DNA from: Nitrospirota bacterium
GTDB taxonomy: Bacteria; Nitrospirota; UBA9217
Direction: 5' to 3'
Length of the DNA: 64,000 nt
NCBI GenBank assembly: GCA_963796285.1
Contig: CAWCKW010000012.1
Location: 1,824,001 to 1,888,000 of the forward strand
Positions 21,445 to 33,854 of this stretch are shown piece after piece. A program made the translations under genes and the position numbers. Position 1 is the first letter of the stretch. The number at the start of each line of letters is the position of its first letter. The notes under the pieces are model-generated. The model was not told the origin of the DNA and made no database searches. It worked only from the letters and a program-made list of their open reading frames with translations.

Positions 21445-24400
21445 TCATCCCAGCGTGAAAAATACCGTCGCGCCCTTCCCGACTTCTCCCTCGGCCCAGA
21501 CCTTCCCGCCGTGCCTTCGGATGATCCGGTCGACGATGGTGAGGCCTATGCCCGTGCCATCGAAACTCATTTTCCAAATGCAGCCGCTGAAAGGGCCGAA
21601 CATCTTGTCCGAGAAGGCCGGATCGAACCCCGCGCCGTTGTCCCTGACAAAGTATACACACTCGGTTCCCTCTCCGTGTTCGAGGCTGCCGAACTCGATC
21701 CTGGCTTCTCCGTTTCGAGGTGAACTTCCACGCGTTGTCGATCAGGTTTGTCAGGACGACCCTCATCAGGTTCGGGTCGGCAGAGGCCCTGATGCCTTGC
21801 TCATCAGGACCTCAACATTTCTGCCGTGGTCCGTCTCGCGCAGGTTATGGATTGCGGCTTCGGCCATTTTGCTCAGATCGACATCCATGCGGTCGAGTTC
21901 CTGGCGAGATAGCTTTGAAAGGTGCAGGAGGTCGTTGATAAGCTGGGTCATCTTTATCGAACCGTTGAATATGCGTGTCAGATAATCCTTTGCCTGGTCG
22001 TCCAGCTTGTCCGCGTAATCCTCCTGCATGATTTTTGCAAAGCCGGACATGGTCCGAAGGGGCGCTCGCAGGTCGTGCGATACGGAGTAGATAAAGGCCT
22101 CGATTTCTTTGTTCAGCGTCTCAAGCTCCAGGTTCCTGGTCGCCATGTCTTCGGAGAGTTTCAAGAGGTCCTCTTCGGCCTTCTTGCGCTCGGTGATATC
22201 GAAAAACACCACGGCGAAGCGGCCGGGCTCGGTCCGGTAGGCGCTGACCTCGAACCATTTATCGAGGGGGCCGAAGCGTTCTTCGAAATGCGCGGGCTCT
22301 CCCGTGAGAACTACCTGTCCGTACCGCTCGAACCAGACTGGCTCGGCCTTCGGGGAACAGCTCGTGAACTGTTCGGCCGACGATGTCCCCGGACTTCAAT
22401 CCCGTTTGCTGCTCGAACGCCGGGTTGACCGATAGATAGCGGAGATCGACGGGCTTCCCTGCGTCATCCAGGATGATCTCATCGAGCGAGAAGCCTTCGG
22501 TCATCGTCTCGAAGAGTGTCCGGAAACGGTTCTCACTCTCGCGCAACGCCTCCTCGGCCTGCTTCAGCGCGGAGATGTCGGTATTAGTGCCGAACCACCG
22601 AAGGACATTGCCGGCCGAATCCTTCAATGGCAGCACACGCGTCAGGAAGGCGCGGAAAATCCCATCGGCCCCGCGCAGCGGGAATTCCATTTCAAACGGC
22701 TCACCGGTGGCGATCGACGCCTGCCATCGTTCCAGAACCTTCGGCAACGCCTCCGGGTCGTGAACCGATTGCCAGCCCCAACCCTCCATCTGTTCCGGGG
22801 TTGTGCCGGTGTACTCATACCAGCGCCGGTTGTACCACGTGATGTAACCGTCCGCGTTGGCCCACCACGCCAGGTTGGGAATGGAATTGGCCAGGGTGCG
22901 GAACTGCTCTTCGCTTTTCCGCAGCGCCTCCTCGGCCTGTTTTTGAGCAGCTCGTATCCGCAGGATTTCAATACCGTACGCCACGTTATCAGTGAGTTCG
23001 GTCAATAATCTGATCTCGTCTTCGGTGAATGGGTCGGCCTCTTTGGAATACATGGTGATCGCGCCGAAAACCCTGCCATTAGCTCGCAGCGGAAAAACGA
23101 TCGAGGACGCGTAGCCGCGCTTGATCGCTTCTTCGCGCCACGGCGCGAAGGCCGGATCGGTCAGCATATTCCGGCATACGGCAACGTTGCCCATGCGGAT
23201 GGCCGCGCCCGTCGGCCCCCGGCCCCGTTCCGTATCGGCCCAGGTAAGTTTCAACGTTTCAAGATATCCTTCTTCGAATCCTGAGTATGCTGCGGGCCGG
23301 ACCGATTTCGTGTCGTCATTTTCCGCAAATCCGATCCAGACCATGCTGTAGCCACAGTCGTATACGATTATCCTGCAAACGTCGTTCAGGTATTCTGGTT
23401 CGTCCTTTGCTCGGATTACTGCCTGGCTGCTGTCACTCAAAGCCTTGAGCGTCTTGTTCAATCTGAGCAGCGCCTCCTCTGCCCTCTTGCGTTCCGTGAT
23501 GTCAATGTTAACGCCGGTCATGCGAAGCGGCTTGCCTTCGGAGTCCTTGAAGACCCGCCAGCGTCCGGCCACCCAGTGGATGCTGTCATCGGGCCAGATG
23601 ACGCGCCATTCTCCCTCTGTTGGCTCGCCCGTCTCAATGGCTCGAGCATTCAGCCGCATGACCTCGGCACGGTCCTCGGGATGAACAAGATTCTCGAAGG
23701 CCGGCTGCGTTCTGCCGAATTCGCCTGGCTGCAGGCCGTACATCGCCTCCAGCTCCGGTGTCCAGGTGTTCACTCCTGCCTGGACGTTCCACTCGAACGT
23801 ACCGATGTGCGCCACCTGCTGCGCAAGACTCAACCGCGCCTCGCTTTCCCGAAGCGCCTCCTCCGCCCGCTTGCGCTCGGTGATGTCGCTCAGGTTGCCG
23901 CTGCGGTACAGCGGCCGACCGGCGCTGTCTTTGGAAAGGGCCATATGATTGAACAGCCAGCGGTAATCTCCCCCCTTGGTCCGCTGGCGGTACTCCACAT
24001 CTCCCTCGCCGGTCTCCAAAAGACGTTCATGCGCCGCCCGGACCGCGGGCAGATCATCGGGGTGGATCATGGTCAGGACCGTATCGAGCTCGAGCGTCAT
24101 TAATTCGTTTGCTGAAAAACCGGTTACTTTCTCAACCGACGGGCTCATGTACTCGTAACGGCCGGTTTGCACGTTCAGTCGGTAAATAACATCAAGAGAA
24201 TTGTCCAGCACGGACCGGAAGCGCTCTTTGCTCTCCCGGAGCGTTTGTTCGGCCTGCTTGCGCTCGGTGATGTCACCGACAGTACCGACCAAGCTCACTG
24301 CCCGCTTGTCCGCGCCTTCGCCCTCGAAGGTGGCGATGCCATGAGCTTCTATCCATCGCAGTGCGCCGTCCGGACGGTTGATCCGATACTCCGCGGCGTA

Positions 24401-27400
24401 TGGTTGCGGGTCAACGGGGTTCAAAGCCGCCTCCACCCGGCCCACAGTCGGGCAAGTCATCGGGATGGATGCTCTGCGCGAGGATCTCGTCGTTCGGTCG
24501 GGTATAGCCGCTGACACCGAAGATCGCCTTGTACCCGTCGTCCCACTCCGAGATGCGCGTAATGGGGTTGTATTGCCACCATCCCAAGTGCGCCGCGTCC
24601 AGCGCTATCTGACGCTGCTGGGCAAGCGTCTGAATTTCGTACTCGGACTTCTTGCGCCCGGTGATGTCGTGCGCGATCTTGGACGCGCCGATAATCTTGC
24701 CGCTCGCATCCTTGATGGCGGAGAACGTAAGCGACACGGGGATGATCGAACCGTCTTTCCGCATGCGCACGGACTCGAAATTCTCGATATGTTCTCCCTG
24801 TTTGATCCGTGCGAGAATTTCGGGTTCCTCGTTAATGTGCCCCGGCGGAATCAGGAGAGAAATATTCCTCCCGATTACCTCCTCTGCCTTATATCCGAAG
24901 ATATTCTCCGCTCCCACGTTCCACGTCTGAATGATACCGTCCTGGTCCTTACCGATAATCGCGTCATCCGCGCTCTCGACGATCGCTGCCAGACGGCCCA
25001 GTGCCTTTTCCGCTTTCTTGCGCTCGGTGATGTCGTGAGCGACGTGAACAGAACCGATCATCTGTCCCTTATCGTCATAAAGCGGGGTCGTGCTGATGAT
25101 AAAGTCTCCCCCAAAGCGATCTTCATGCACTTCTTCTATGTGTTGACGGCCGTCCTTAATAGTTCTGGCATGAGGGCAGAAAGCGGGCGGACAGGAAAGA
25201 CCGTGCACGGATTCATAGCAATGTTTGCCGATACACTCCTCGGGCGTGAGCCCCAGTTTCCGAGCCATGGCCGCATTCACCCGTTTGATGCGGTGGTTAT
25301 TGTCCAGGATCGCGATCAGGTCGGGAACGCTGTCGAAGGTCCGCTCCCACTCTTCTTTGGCCCGAAGTACGGATTCCTCCGCCCGCTTGCGCTCGGTGAT
25401 GTCGTAGGCGTAAATGCGGACAACATTGAATTGAGGCATGAGATGGACGGTCATGCCGAAAACGCTGTCCCTGACGACTCTCTCGCGATAGATGAGATTT
25501 TTCTTTTCCCCCTCCCAGATCACGTAAAATGTCGTCCATGTCTTCGGGCAGGAACACGGCTAAATCTTCTGTGTCCATCCCCAGGTTTGCCAGAACTTTT
25601 ACCGTGGCCGGATTACAGAAGTTGATCTTACCCGAGGAATGCACTTCGCAAATGGGATTCGGGTTCAGCTCCGGGAAAGAGGCAAGATGCCGCGTGCGCT
25701 CCTCGGACTTCTTGAGTTCGGATACGTCGTTATAGGTGATGACGACGCCCTCGATGCGGTTGTCCGCGGTGCGGTAGGGCAGGGTCGTGCGGACATACCA
25801 TGCGCCGCCCAGTTCAAGCTCCTGACGCGCGGGCACGAGACGTTCTAGGACCGCCTGAGCGTCGGAGGTGAGGTCGGGACCGAGGTTTTCCTGCGACATG
25901 TCGGCGATGGGACGCCCCACGTCCGAGGGCAGGAGTTTGATGAGCTTGAGCATCGCGGGCGTGAAGCGCTTCACCCGGAAGTGAGTATCCAGGAAGATCG
26001 TGGGGATGTTCGCGCTCGCGAGGAAATTGTTCAGATCGTCGTTCGTGGTCTCCTGTTCCTCGATCTTTCCCTGGAGCTGCGAGTTAACGGTGATCAGTTC
26101 TTCGTTCAACGACTGGAGTTCTTCGCGGGAAGTCTCAAGCTCCTCGTTCGCGGCCTGCAATTCCTCGTTCGAGGACTGGAGCTCCTCGTTCAGGCTCTTG
26201 AGCTGTTCGATGTGGCTCTGAAGATCCTGGCGTGTGGCCGAGAGTTCGCCTTCGAGCTGATGGATCGCGGTCTCCTCGATGACGGTGGCATCGACCTGCT
26301 CGGCGGCATCCTCCTTGGAGAGCGACGCCTTTCTCCTGAAAAACGACGATGAAAAGGTTCTCCGCTGCTTTCGTGATCCGGAGCGAAATTTGTCTTACCG
26401 GCTGCAAATCCCCCCTGCCCCCCTTTGCTAAAGGGGGGATGATTTTACTTCCCCCCTTGGAAAGGGGGGACCGAGGGGGATTTTCACCCGCGACAGGGAG
26501 ACTTGCCCGTATTGAAACGGTTTTCCCCTCGTGGCTCGACCGGTAGAGCGCCCCGCGAATCCTGCTCCGGAGATTCTCGGGCAGAAGCTCGAGCAGGTTC
26601 TGCGTCGGCACGCCCCGGGGCTGGAGGAGATATTTGTTCGTGGGGCCGTTGTGGTAGATGATCTCGTAATTCTGATCTATGGCCACGGAAGCGGGCGCGT
26701 ATTCTTCGAGCAGTTTTTCCTGGACGATTTCCGTGAAGGACCGTCTCTGCTCCGCGAGCTGCGCCTGTTTCGAGGCTTGTTGCGCCGAACGTTCAGCCGC
26801 ATACGGGACCGAGATGGGCAGGCGCGATGCGGGTTTTGTCTCAAGCTTCCGGTAGACGCGGCACTGCTTGTGGCCGATCGATTGGAAGAGCCTGCTTTTT
26901 TTGCCCACGGTTTCCGCGTTCCCGAGGAAGAGAAAGCCCCCCTCGTTGAGCGCGTAATGAAAAAGGGTGATGCATTTTTCCTGGGCGTCGGGCTCCAGGT
27001 AGATCATGAAGTTGCGGCAGATGATGAGGTCGAGCTTGGAGAAAGGCGGGTCGGTCAACAGGTCCTGCCGGGCGAAGACCACGGTTTCCCGGACTTCTTT
27101 GTTGATGACGAGAAAGTTGCCGTCCTCGGTTGGCATGAAATATTTTTGAACGTACTCCTGCGGCACGTCCGCGGCGATGCTTGCGGGATACTTGCCCTCG
27201 CGTGCCCGCTCCAAGCGCCCGCTCGTTCACGTCCGTGGCAAAGACGTGGACGTCCCGCTTTTCCCCGGCAAGAGCAAGCTCATGCAGAAACATCATGGCG
27301 ATGGAGTAGGCCTCCTCGCCCGTGGAGCTCGCCGGGGTCCAAACGCGGATGGGAAGGTCGGTGTTCCCGGCCGCGATCTTCCGGACCGCCTCCAGGTTCA

Positions 27401-28263
27401 GCGCCTTCCATGCAACCCGGTCGCGGAAGAAGGAGGTGACGCCGATCATGAGGTCGGCGGCGAGAAGGGCGGCCTCTGAGTCATTGGTTGAGATGATGCC
27501 CAGGTAATCTTTGACCGCCGAGAGCCCTTGAAGATACATGCGTCTTCTGATCCTTCGGGTGACCACGCTCTTTTTGTAATGATTGAACCGGCCGCCGGTC
27601 TTCTCCTGGAGCAGCCGGAAGAAGCTGTCATACTCTTCGGCGGAGATGGCGCACCTCCCGGTTTGCTTCAGCTTCGCCGAGCCGCTGGAGTTTCAGGAGC
27701 TCGCCGGCGATCTGCTCGGGAGAAAGCACGGCGTCCGCCAGGCCGCTCGCGATGGCCGCGAGCGGCATGCTGTTGAATTCCGCGGTCTCGGGGTCCTGGA
27801 CGAACACCGTCCCGCCAGCGGACCGGACCGCCTGGCAGCCGCGGGCGCCATCCGTGCCCGCGCCGGACAAGATCACGGCAATGGAACGCTCGCCCGCGTC
27901 CTCCGCGAGAGAGGAGAGAAATTCATCGATCGACAGATGGATGAGACCTTCGGTGTGTACGGTCGTCTGAAAGAAGCTGTTTCGCAGGCGGACCTCCCTG
28001 CCCGGAGGTGCGAGGTAAAGGCGTCCGGCCTGGATCTTCAAGCCGTCGGATATTTCCTGGATCACGAGAGAGGGACGCCGGGCGCTCAAGAGCTCCGGCA
28101 GGAGGCTTTTGTGTTTTGCGGAAAGGTGCTGGATGAAGACCAGCGCGAAGTCGAAGTCCTTTGGGAGGACGGCGAGGAAGCGCTGGAGAGCGTCAAGGCC
28201 GCCGGCCGAGGCGCCGATGCCGACGACCAATAAAGATTTTCCCGGTTTATCGTATTCGGTCAT
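21445..28263 (-). CDS. Giant CheB-CheR-multi-PAS-GAF histidine kinase (about 2270 aa if frameshifts are repaired)
   Basis: Overlapping fragments in changing frames: CheB (GASAGG, QHL, GAGTDG), CheR (GVTSFFRD, STGEEAYS, DLIICRN), QAANEELETSREELQSLNEEL coil, about nine PAS/PAC units, GAF, YSVSHDLRAPL, HATPase ending ATVFFTLG. Confidence 0.75.
26406..26483. repeat. 78-bp palindromic repeat inserted in frame in the CheBR kinase gene
   Basis: AAATCCCCCC..CCCCCCTTTGCTAAAGGGGGG..CCCCCCTTGGAAAGGGGGG..GGGGGATTT; encodes NPPRSPLSKGGSKIIPPLAKGGRGD. Confidence 0.8.
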
Positions 28264-28304
28264 TCGGATAGGCCCCCAGAAATCAATTTGGATTTCTTTT
28301 CAGG

Positions 28305-28333
28305 ATTATATAGGGAATTTGCTCGTGAAGCAA
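28305..28333 (-). promoter_or_regulatory. Putative sigma70 promoter of the signalling cluster
   Basis: TTGCTT-17 bp-TATAAT, 41 nt upstream of the CheB ATG. Confidence 0.5.
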
Positions 28334-28627
28334 AGGGAAATTTCCGTGAAATCTCGGGCTTTGCATTTTGCCTGGATCAAGAGCTCAAAACTATTATCCC
28401 GGCGTGAAATAAAACGCCGCCCCCTTGCAGGAAGGCAGGATTAAGTATAGCTCGTTTGCCGCCAAGATCGAAGAATACGCAGAGAGTTAAGTTTAATCTT
28501 CAAAATACCAATGCCAAATCAAAAATCAATGGCCAATGAATCGATCAGTTTGTAACGTAATTGACACGCCCTATTTGTTCCCCTGATTCATTTTTCAAAC
28601 TGACCAATCCCCCATAACCGCTCCGGT

Positions 28628-28656
28628 TTGACAGCCGGGGAGATGTCTGCTATTAT
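28628..28656 (+). promoter_or_regulatory. Putative sigma70 promoter of the act operon
   Basis: TTGACA-17 bp-TATTAT with a TGn extension. Confidence 0.55.
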
Positions 28657-28718
28657 AATTTTACTGGATCGAGCTTAATCCTGATCGTCATTTTCCCGGT
28701 CTCTCCCTGGTAAACAGC

Positions 28719-29234
28719 ATGAAAATATCGTGGCTTATCGGCGGGCTGGTCGTTGCAGCGGGCGCTCTCATCGCCGGCCTGGCATTGATGTACAATCTGC
28801 CGCTGGATCTTCGGGACCGCTCTCCGATCCAGCCGATCGCCTTCAGTCATAAGGTGCATGCCGGCGACAACGGCATCCCCTGCCTCTTCTGTCACCGCTA
28901 CGCTCCGAAGTCAATGGTCGCCGGCATCCCTGCAGTGGCGGATTGTCGGGCCTGCCATCTGTTCATCGCCCAAAACGCCCCGGAAATTAAAAAGCTGATG
29001 GCGTACTGGGATAAAAAGGAGCCGGTCCCCTGGGTCAGGGTCTACCGCGTGCCGGACCACGTCTATTTCCCTCACATGATGCATATCCGCGCCGGACTCG
29101 TCTGCACCGCCTGCCACGGCGATGTGGCCGCGATGCAGCGGATCACCCGATCGATCAAAATAGAAATGGGCTGGTGCCTGGGCTGTCATAAACAGCATAA
29201 GGCCAGTATCGATTGCTGGACATGCCATAAATGA
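28719..29234 (+). CDS. actA: Pentaheme cytochrome c, ActA-like (alternative complex III)
   Basis: TM anchor, QPIAFSHKVH, five CxxCH (CLFCH, CRACH, CTACH, CLGCH, CWTCH), PDHVYFPH. Confidence 0.8.
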   Translation: MKISWLIGGLVVAAGALIAGLALMYNLPLDLRDRSPIQPIAFSHKVHAGDNGIPCLFCHRYAPKSMVAGIPAVADCRACHLFIAQNAPEIKKLMAYWDKKEPVPWVRVYRVPDHVYFPHMMHIRAGLVCTACHGDVAAMQRITRSIKIEMGWCLGCHKQHKASIDCWTCHK

Positions 29235-29238
29235 GGAG

Positions 29239-29366
29239 AAATTCCAAATTACAAATTCCAAATAATATCCAAATTCAAAATATCAATACTCGAAACTCGT
29301 TTTAGTTATTCGGTCATTCGTGCTTGAAATTTATTCGTTATTTGATGCTTGGGATTTAGTGCTTTT
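29239..29366. repeat. Degenerate AT-rich inverted heptamer array (AAATTCC family)
   Basis: aaattcc aaattac aaattcc aaata...caaattc aaaatat ... ttgaaattt ... ttgggattt, between actA and actB. Confidence 0.55.
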
Positions 29367-29380
29367 ACTTAGGAGTATAT

Positions 29381-31580
29381 ATGGATCGAAGGACCTTTCT
29401 GCAACTGAGCGGGCTGTCGGCTGCCGGCGCCATGCTTGCGGGCTGCAAGTCGGCTAATGAAAAACTGATCCCCTACCTGCTTCCGCCTGATGAGGGCGTA
29501 ACGCCGGGAATAGCCAACTACTATGCCAGCGCCTGCAGGTCCTGTCCTGCCGGCTGCGGCATCCTGGTCCGGGTATCGGAAGGGCGGGCCAAAAAAATCG
29601 AGGGGAACCCCGAGCACCCGGTCAACAGGGGAAAACTATGCGGCCGGGGACAAGCCGCTCTCCAGGAGCTTTACCATCCCGACCGCTTACCGCAGCCGCT
29701 TAAACGTACCGGGCCCCGGGGCTCGGGAGCATTCGCGAAGATCTCCTGGGAAGAGGGGCTGGGCCTCCTCGTCGGCAAGCTCAAGACCTTAAAGCAAGAA
29801 AGATCCACCGGCACCCTGGCCCTGCTGACGCCGGAGCTTCGAGGCACACTGGCGAAACTGACAGCCGGTTTCATGCACTCCTTCGGTTCTCCCCATCACA
29901 TTACGTATGAGTTGCTCGGCCCTGATTGGCTCCGCGCCGCCAACCGACAAAGCTTCGGCCAGACAAGCCTTCCCTATTATGACGTGGCTGAGACCCGCTA
30001 TCTGCTCAGCTTCGGCGCCGATTTTGTGGAAAGCCATTTATCTCCTGTCCATTACGGCCAGGCCTTCGGCCGGATGCGCCAGGCACGGGACACGGTCCGC
30101 GGTCATTTCACCTATGTCGGCGGCCGGCTGTCGTTGACGGCTGCGTCGGCCGATCGATGGATGCCGGCTCGTCCCGGAAGCGAAGGGGCACTCGCCCTCG
30201 GCATGGCCCGGCTGATCCTGGCTGAGTCCCTATACGACAAAACCGCCCTTTCCGCTAACGGGCTCCGGGCGGAAGAGCTGCTGGGCCGATTGAAGGCTTA
30301 CGATCTTCCCCGCGTGGCGGAAGAGACCGGTCTGACGCAAAAGTCCATTGCCGAGGTGGCCCGGGAGTTTGCTACGACCCATCCCTCGCTGGCCATGGCC
30401 GGTGAGACAATCGCCTTCCAGAACAACGGTCAGGAATCGGCCCGCGCTGTCCTATTGCTGAACGTGCTGATGGGGAACCTGAACCGGCCCGGCGGGGTCT
30501 ACCCGGACGGGGGGGCAACGGACGGCCCAACAACCTCTTTTGACGAGATCCTCTCTTTTGTTAAGAAAATGCACGGCGGCGAAATCCGCATGGCCCTGAT
30601 TCACGGCGACCCGGTCCACACCATTCCCTCAACTACGGGCTTCCAGGAGGCACTGACCAAGGTGCCGTTTATCGTCAGCTTCTCTTCGCTCATGGACGAC
30701 ACTGCAATGCAGGCCGACCTGATCCTGCCGGACCACGCTGCTCTGGAAAGCTGGGGAGACGTGGTCCCGCTGGCAGGCACGCGGGATGGGGTGATTGGTT
30801 TGATGCAGCCGGTGGTGATGCCCGTGTTCGACACACGCCAGTTCCCCGAGGTGTTGATGACTGCGGCCCATGAACTTGGCGGGGAGATGAAGGCGGCATT
30901 CCCCTACGAGTCTTACCTGGATATGCTGAAGGCTGAGATGAAAAAGCATGTTGGTCTTGCGAGCGGGAAAGATTTTGAAGCAACGTGGGTCGACCTGCTC
31001 AGACAGGGCGGACTTTTCAAAACGAACAGCAGCCAGGTCAAGAGTTATCGCTGGGCGGCAGGCGCGAGCGTTCCCGAACCTGCAAAACCCACGGTTCTCC
31101 GGAAATGAAAAGGAATTCCCTCTGCATCTTTCGATATATCCCTCCACGGCATTTTATGACGGCCGTGGCGCTTCACTTCCCTGGTTGCAGCAACTGCCGG
31201 ACCCGATGACCACCGTGGTCTGGGACAGTTGGGTCGAGATCAATCCCAAGACCGCCGCTGAACTGGGGATCGGCTTCGGCGATCTTGTCGAGATAACTTC
31301 CTCCCAAGGCTCGGTGCGCGTGCCTGCGGTGATCTACCCCGGCATCCGGCCGGACATGGTGGCCATTCCCCTGGGGCAGGGACATCGTGAGATGGGACGC
31401 TATGCCAAGGGAAGGGGAGCGAACCCCCTCCAGCTTTTGGTGCTGACAACTGAAGGAACAAAACCCCAACCGGCCTGGAACGCGACCCGGGTGCGGATAA
31501 AGCGAATTTCGGACAAGGGGGAATTGGTTGACGCCGGGCATCCGCAGGGGAGCTACCGCAGCGATTTGATAGAGATATAA
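29381..31580 (+). CDS. ActB1/QrcB-like molybdopterin-oxidoreductase-fold subunit (frameshift near 31090)
   Basis: Tat motif DRRTFLQ, LAGC, CRSCPAGC...KIEGNPEHPVNRGKLCGRGQ, ADLILPDH.LESWGD; the C-terminal domain (WLQQLPDPMTTVVWDSWVEINP) is in ORF 30948-31580. Confidence 0.8.
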
Positions 31581-31607
31581 CGATAAATTCGAAAGAAGTT
31601 AAGATCC

Positions 31608-31721
31608 ACCGCCGAGACGTAGCCTGCACTTGCGTAAGCGCGGCCATAAACGAAGACGCGGAGAAAAAGATTCTAAGGGTTGGTTAATAGTTTTCCTTAG
31701 CGCCCTCTGCGGCTTTGCGGT
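31608..31721. repeat. REP-like imperfect palindrome (ACCGC.GAGAC / CTCTGCGGCTTTGCGGT)
   Basis: Inverted arms in the actB1-actB2 spacer; same broad family as 1008-1291. Confidence 0.45.
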
Positions 31722-31768
31722 AAATCCGACTTTTAGCATTTATTGCGGCCATGAGGATTGTGCAACAT

Positions 31769-32487
31769 ATGGAAAAATTGACGAGCCCGTACAAATGGGG
31801 AATGGTTGTCGATCTCGACCGCTGCACCGGATGCGGCGCGTGCGTGGTCGCCTGCCAGGCGGAAAACAACGTGGCCATCTGCGCCAAAAAGGAGATCGCA
31901 GAAGGCCGCAACATGCACTGGCTCAGGATCGAGCGCTTCTGGGTGGGTGAATACCCGGATGTTCGCGTACGCTTCCTGCCCGTGCTCTGCCAGCATTGCC
32001 ACGATGCCCCGTGCGAGCCGGTCTGCCCGGTCTATGCCAGCTATCACAACCCCGACGGACTGAACGGCCAGGTCTACAACCGCTGCGTGGGCACCCGTTA
32101 CTGCGGAAACAACTGCCCCTATGCCGTGCGGGTCTTCAACTTCTACGACCATGAGCACGCCTGGCCCCCTCCGCTGAACAATCAGCTAAGCCCGGACATC
32201 ACCGTGCGAAGCCGCGGGGTGATGGAAAAGTGTTCCTTCTGCATCCAGCGCATCCGCCGGGCCAAGGAAGAGGCCAAGGCCGAACAGAGGCTGATCAAGG
32301 ACGGAGAGGTGCAGCCGGCCTGCGCCCAGACCTGTCCTGCGGATGCCCTGGTCTTCGGCAACACTGCAGACCCCGAGAGCCGGGTTGCCGGCTTTCCCGC
32401 AGCCCCAGGCGCTTCCGGCTCCTGGAGCACCTGGGCACACACCCCTCGATCTACTATCTCAAGGGAGGAGGACGCGAGCATGTCTGA
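31769..32487 (+). CDS. ActB2/QrcC-like 4Fe-4S subunit (frameshift near 32390 makes an apparent fusion to NrfD)
   Basis: DLDRCTGCGACVVAC, CQHCHDAPCEPVCP, RCVGTRYCGNNCPY, RSRGVMEKCSFC; the expected end LLEHLGTHPSIYYLKG is in a shifted frame. Confidence 0.8.
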
Positions 32488-33850
32488 GCCAACGATCTTT
32501 ATTGTTAAAAACGCCGAGCAACTGAACGACGAGATGCTCTCTTCGATGCGGCCCCCTACCTGGCGCTGGTACGGGCTTGCATTCTTCCTCGGAGTGGTAG
32601 TGGCCTGGGGTCTTTATGCCTTCACATATATGGTAACGACGGACCTGAGCGTAACGGGTCTGGACCGCCCGGTCATGTGGGGGATATTCATCGTCAACTT
32701 CGTATTCTGGGTCGGACTCTCTCATTCCGGGACCATGGTCTCTGCAATCTTGCGTCTCTCCCAGGCCAACTGGCGCAGACCGATCCTGCGGGCCGCCGAG
32801 GCGATGACCGTTTTCACCATCACCGTGGCCGGTCTTTTCCCGGTCATCCACCTGGGCCGCAACTGGGTCGTCTACTATTTTCTTCCCTACCCCAATCAGC
32901 GGGGGCTGTGGTCAAATTTCCGTTCGCCCCTCTTGTGGGACATGACGGCGATAACGGCTTATATCATCGGGAGCAGCCTTTTCCTTTATCTGGGCATGAT
33001 CCCCGACCTGGCAATTGCGCGTGACCGGGCGAGCGGCTGGCGAAAAAAGCTCTACGCGGCCCTGGCCATGGGATGGCGGGGCAGCGGACGGGAGTGGGTG
33101 GTGTTCCGCCAGGCATCCACCCTGATGGCTGCCCTGATCATTCCGGTGGCAGTGTCGGTCCACTCCATCGTGGCCTGGGATTTCGCCGTTACCGTGGTCC
33201 CCGGCTGGCACAGCACCATCTTCCCTCCTTATTTCGTGATTGGAGCGATCCTCTCGGGCGTGGCTGCAGTGATCACCCTGATGATAGTCATCCGCCGGAT
33301 TTTCCATCTGGAGGCGTATCTCACACCGCTCCACTTCGACAACATGGGGAAGCTTTTGTTGGTGATCTCCCTTCTCTGGTCCTATGCCTATTTCGTCGAG
33401 GTCCAGACCACCTGGTTTGCCCATGAACCGATCGAATGGGAGGTCTTCAATTTTATGTCCGGGAAGTATACCCCGGCGTTGATCTTGATGCTTCTCGGCA
33501 ACTCGGTGCTGCCGATCACGGCCCTCTGCTTCAAGAAGCTGCGGCGCTCTATCGGGGTAATGCTTGTCGTCACTCTCCTGGTCAATGTCGGCATGTTCAT
33601 CGAGCGCTTCCTTATCATCGTTCCGTCGCTCTCGCATAAGAACATGCCTTTCGTCTGGGGCACCTACTTCCCGACCTGGGTTGAGTTCTCGATCACTGCA
33701 GCCGCCTTTGCAGGTTTCGCATTGCTGTATGCCCTTTTCTCGAAATTCTTCCCTCTGGTCGCGGTGACAGACGTGCGGGAGCTCGAAGTCCGAAAGACTG
33801 CTGTTCAGCTCGGCCGCGCCAAGGTGCCGTCGATCGTGGGAAAGGAGTAG
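32480..33850 (+). CDS. actC: ActC / NrfD-family membrane subunit
   Basis: GGAGG RBS; WGIFIVNFVFWVGLSHSGT..SAIL, RAAEAMT, HLGR, NFRSPLLWD, SVHSIV.WDFA..PGWHSTIFPPYFV. Confidence 0.85.
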   Translation: MSEPTIFIVKNAEQLNDEMLSSMRPPTWRWYGLAFFLGVVVAWGLYAFTYMVTTDLSVTGLDRPVMWGIFIVNFVFWVGLSHSGTMVSAILRLSQANWRRPILRAAEAMTVFTITVAGLFPVIHLGRNWVVYYFLPYPNQRGLWSNFRSPLLWDMTAITAYIIGSSLFLYLGMIPDLAIARDRASGWRKKLYAALAMGWRGSGREWVVFRQASTLMAALIIPVAVSVHSIVAWDFAVTVVPGWHSTIFPPYFVIGAILSGVAAVITLMIVIRRIFHLEAYLTPLHFDNMGKLLLVISLLWSYAYFVEVQTTWFAHEPIEWEVFNFMSGKYTPALILMLLGNSVLPITALCFKKLRRSIGVMLVVTLLVNVGMFIERFLIIVPSLSHKNMPFVWGTYFPTWVEFSITAAAFAGFALLYALFSKFFPLVAVTDVRELEVRKTAVQLGRAKVPSIVGKE

Positions 33851-33854
33851 ACGG

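Noticed and set aside
17990-25410. Recurring CGCTCGGTGATGTC sequences as a DNA repeat family
   Set aside because: They encode the conserved DITERK motif that ends PAS/PAC domains.
31751-33850. Apparent 699-aa Fe-S/NrfD fusion protein
   Set aside because: A frameshift near 32390 explains it: the normal ActB2 C-terminus is in another frame, and actC has its own RBS and ATG at 32480.
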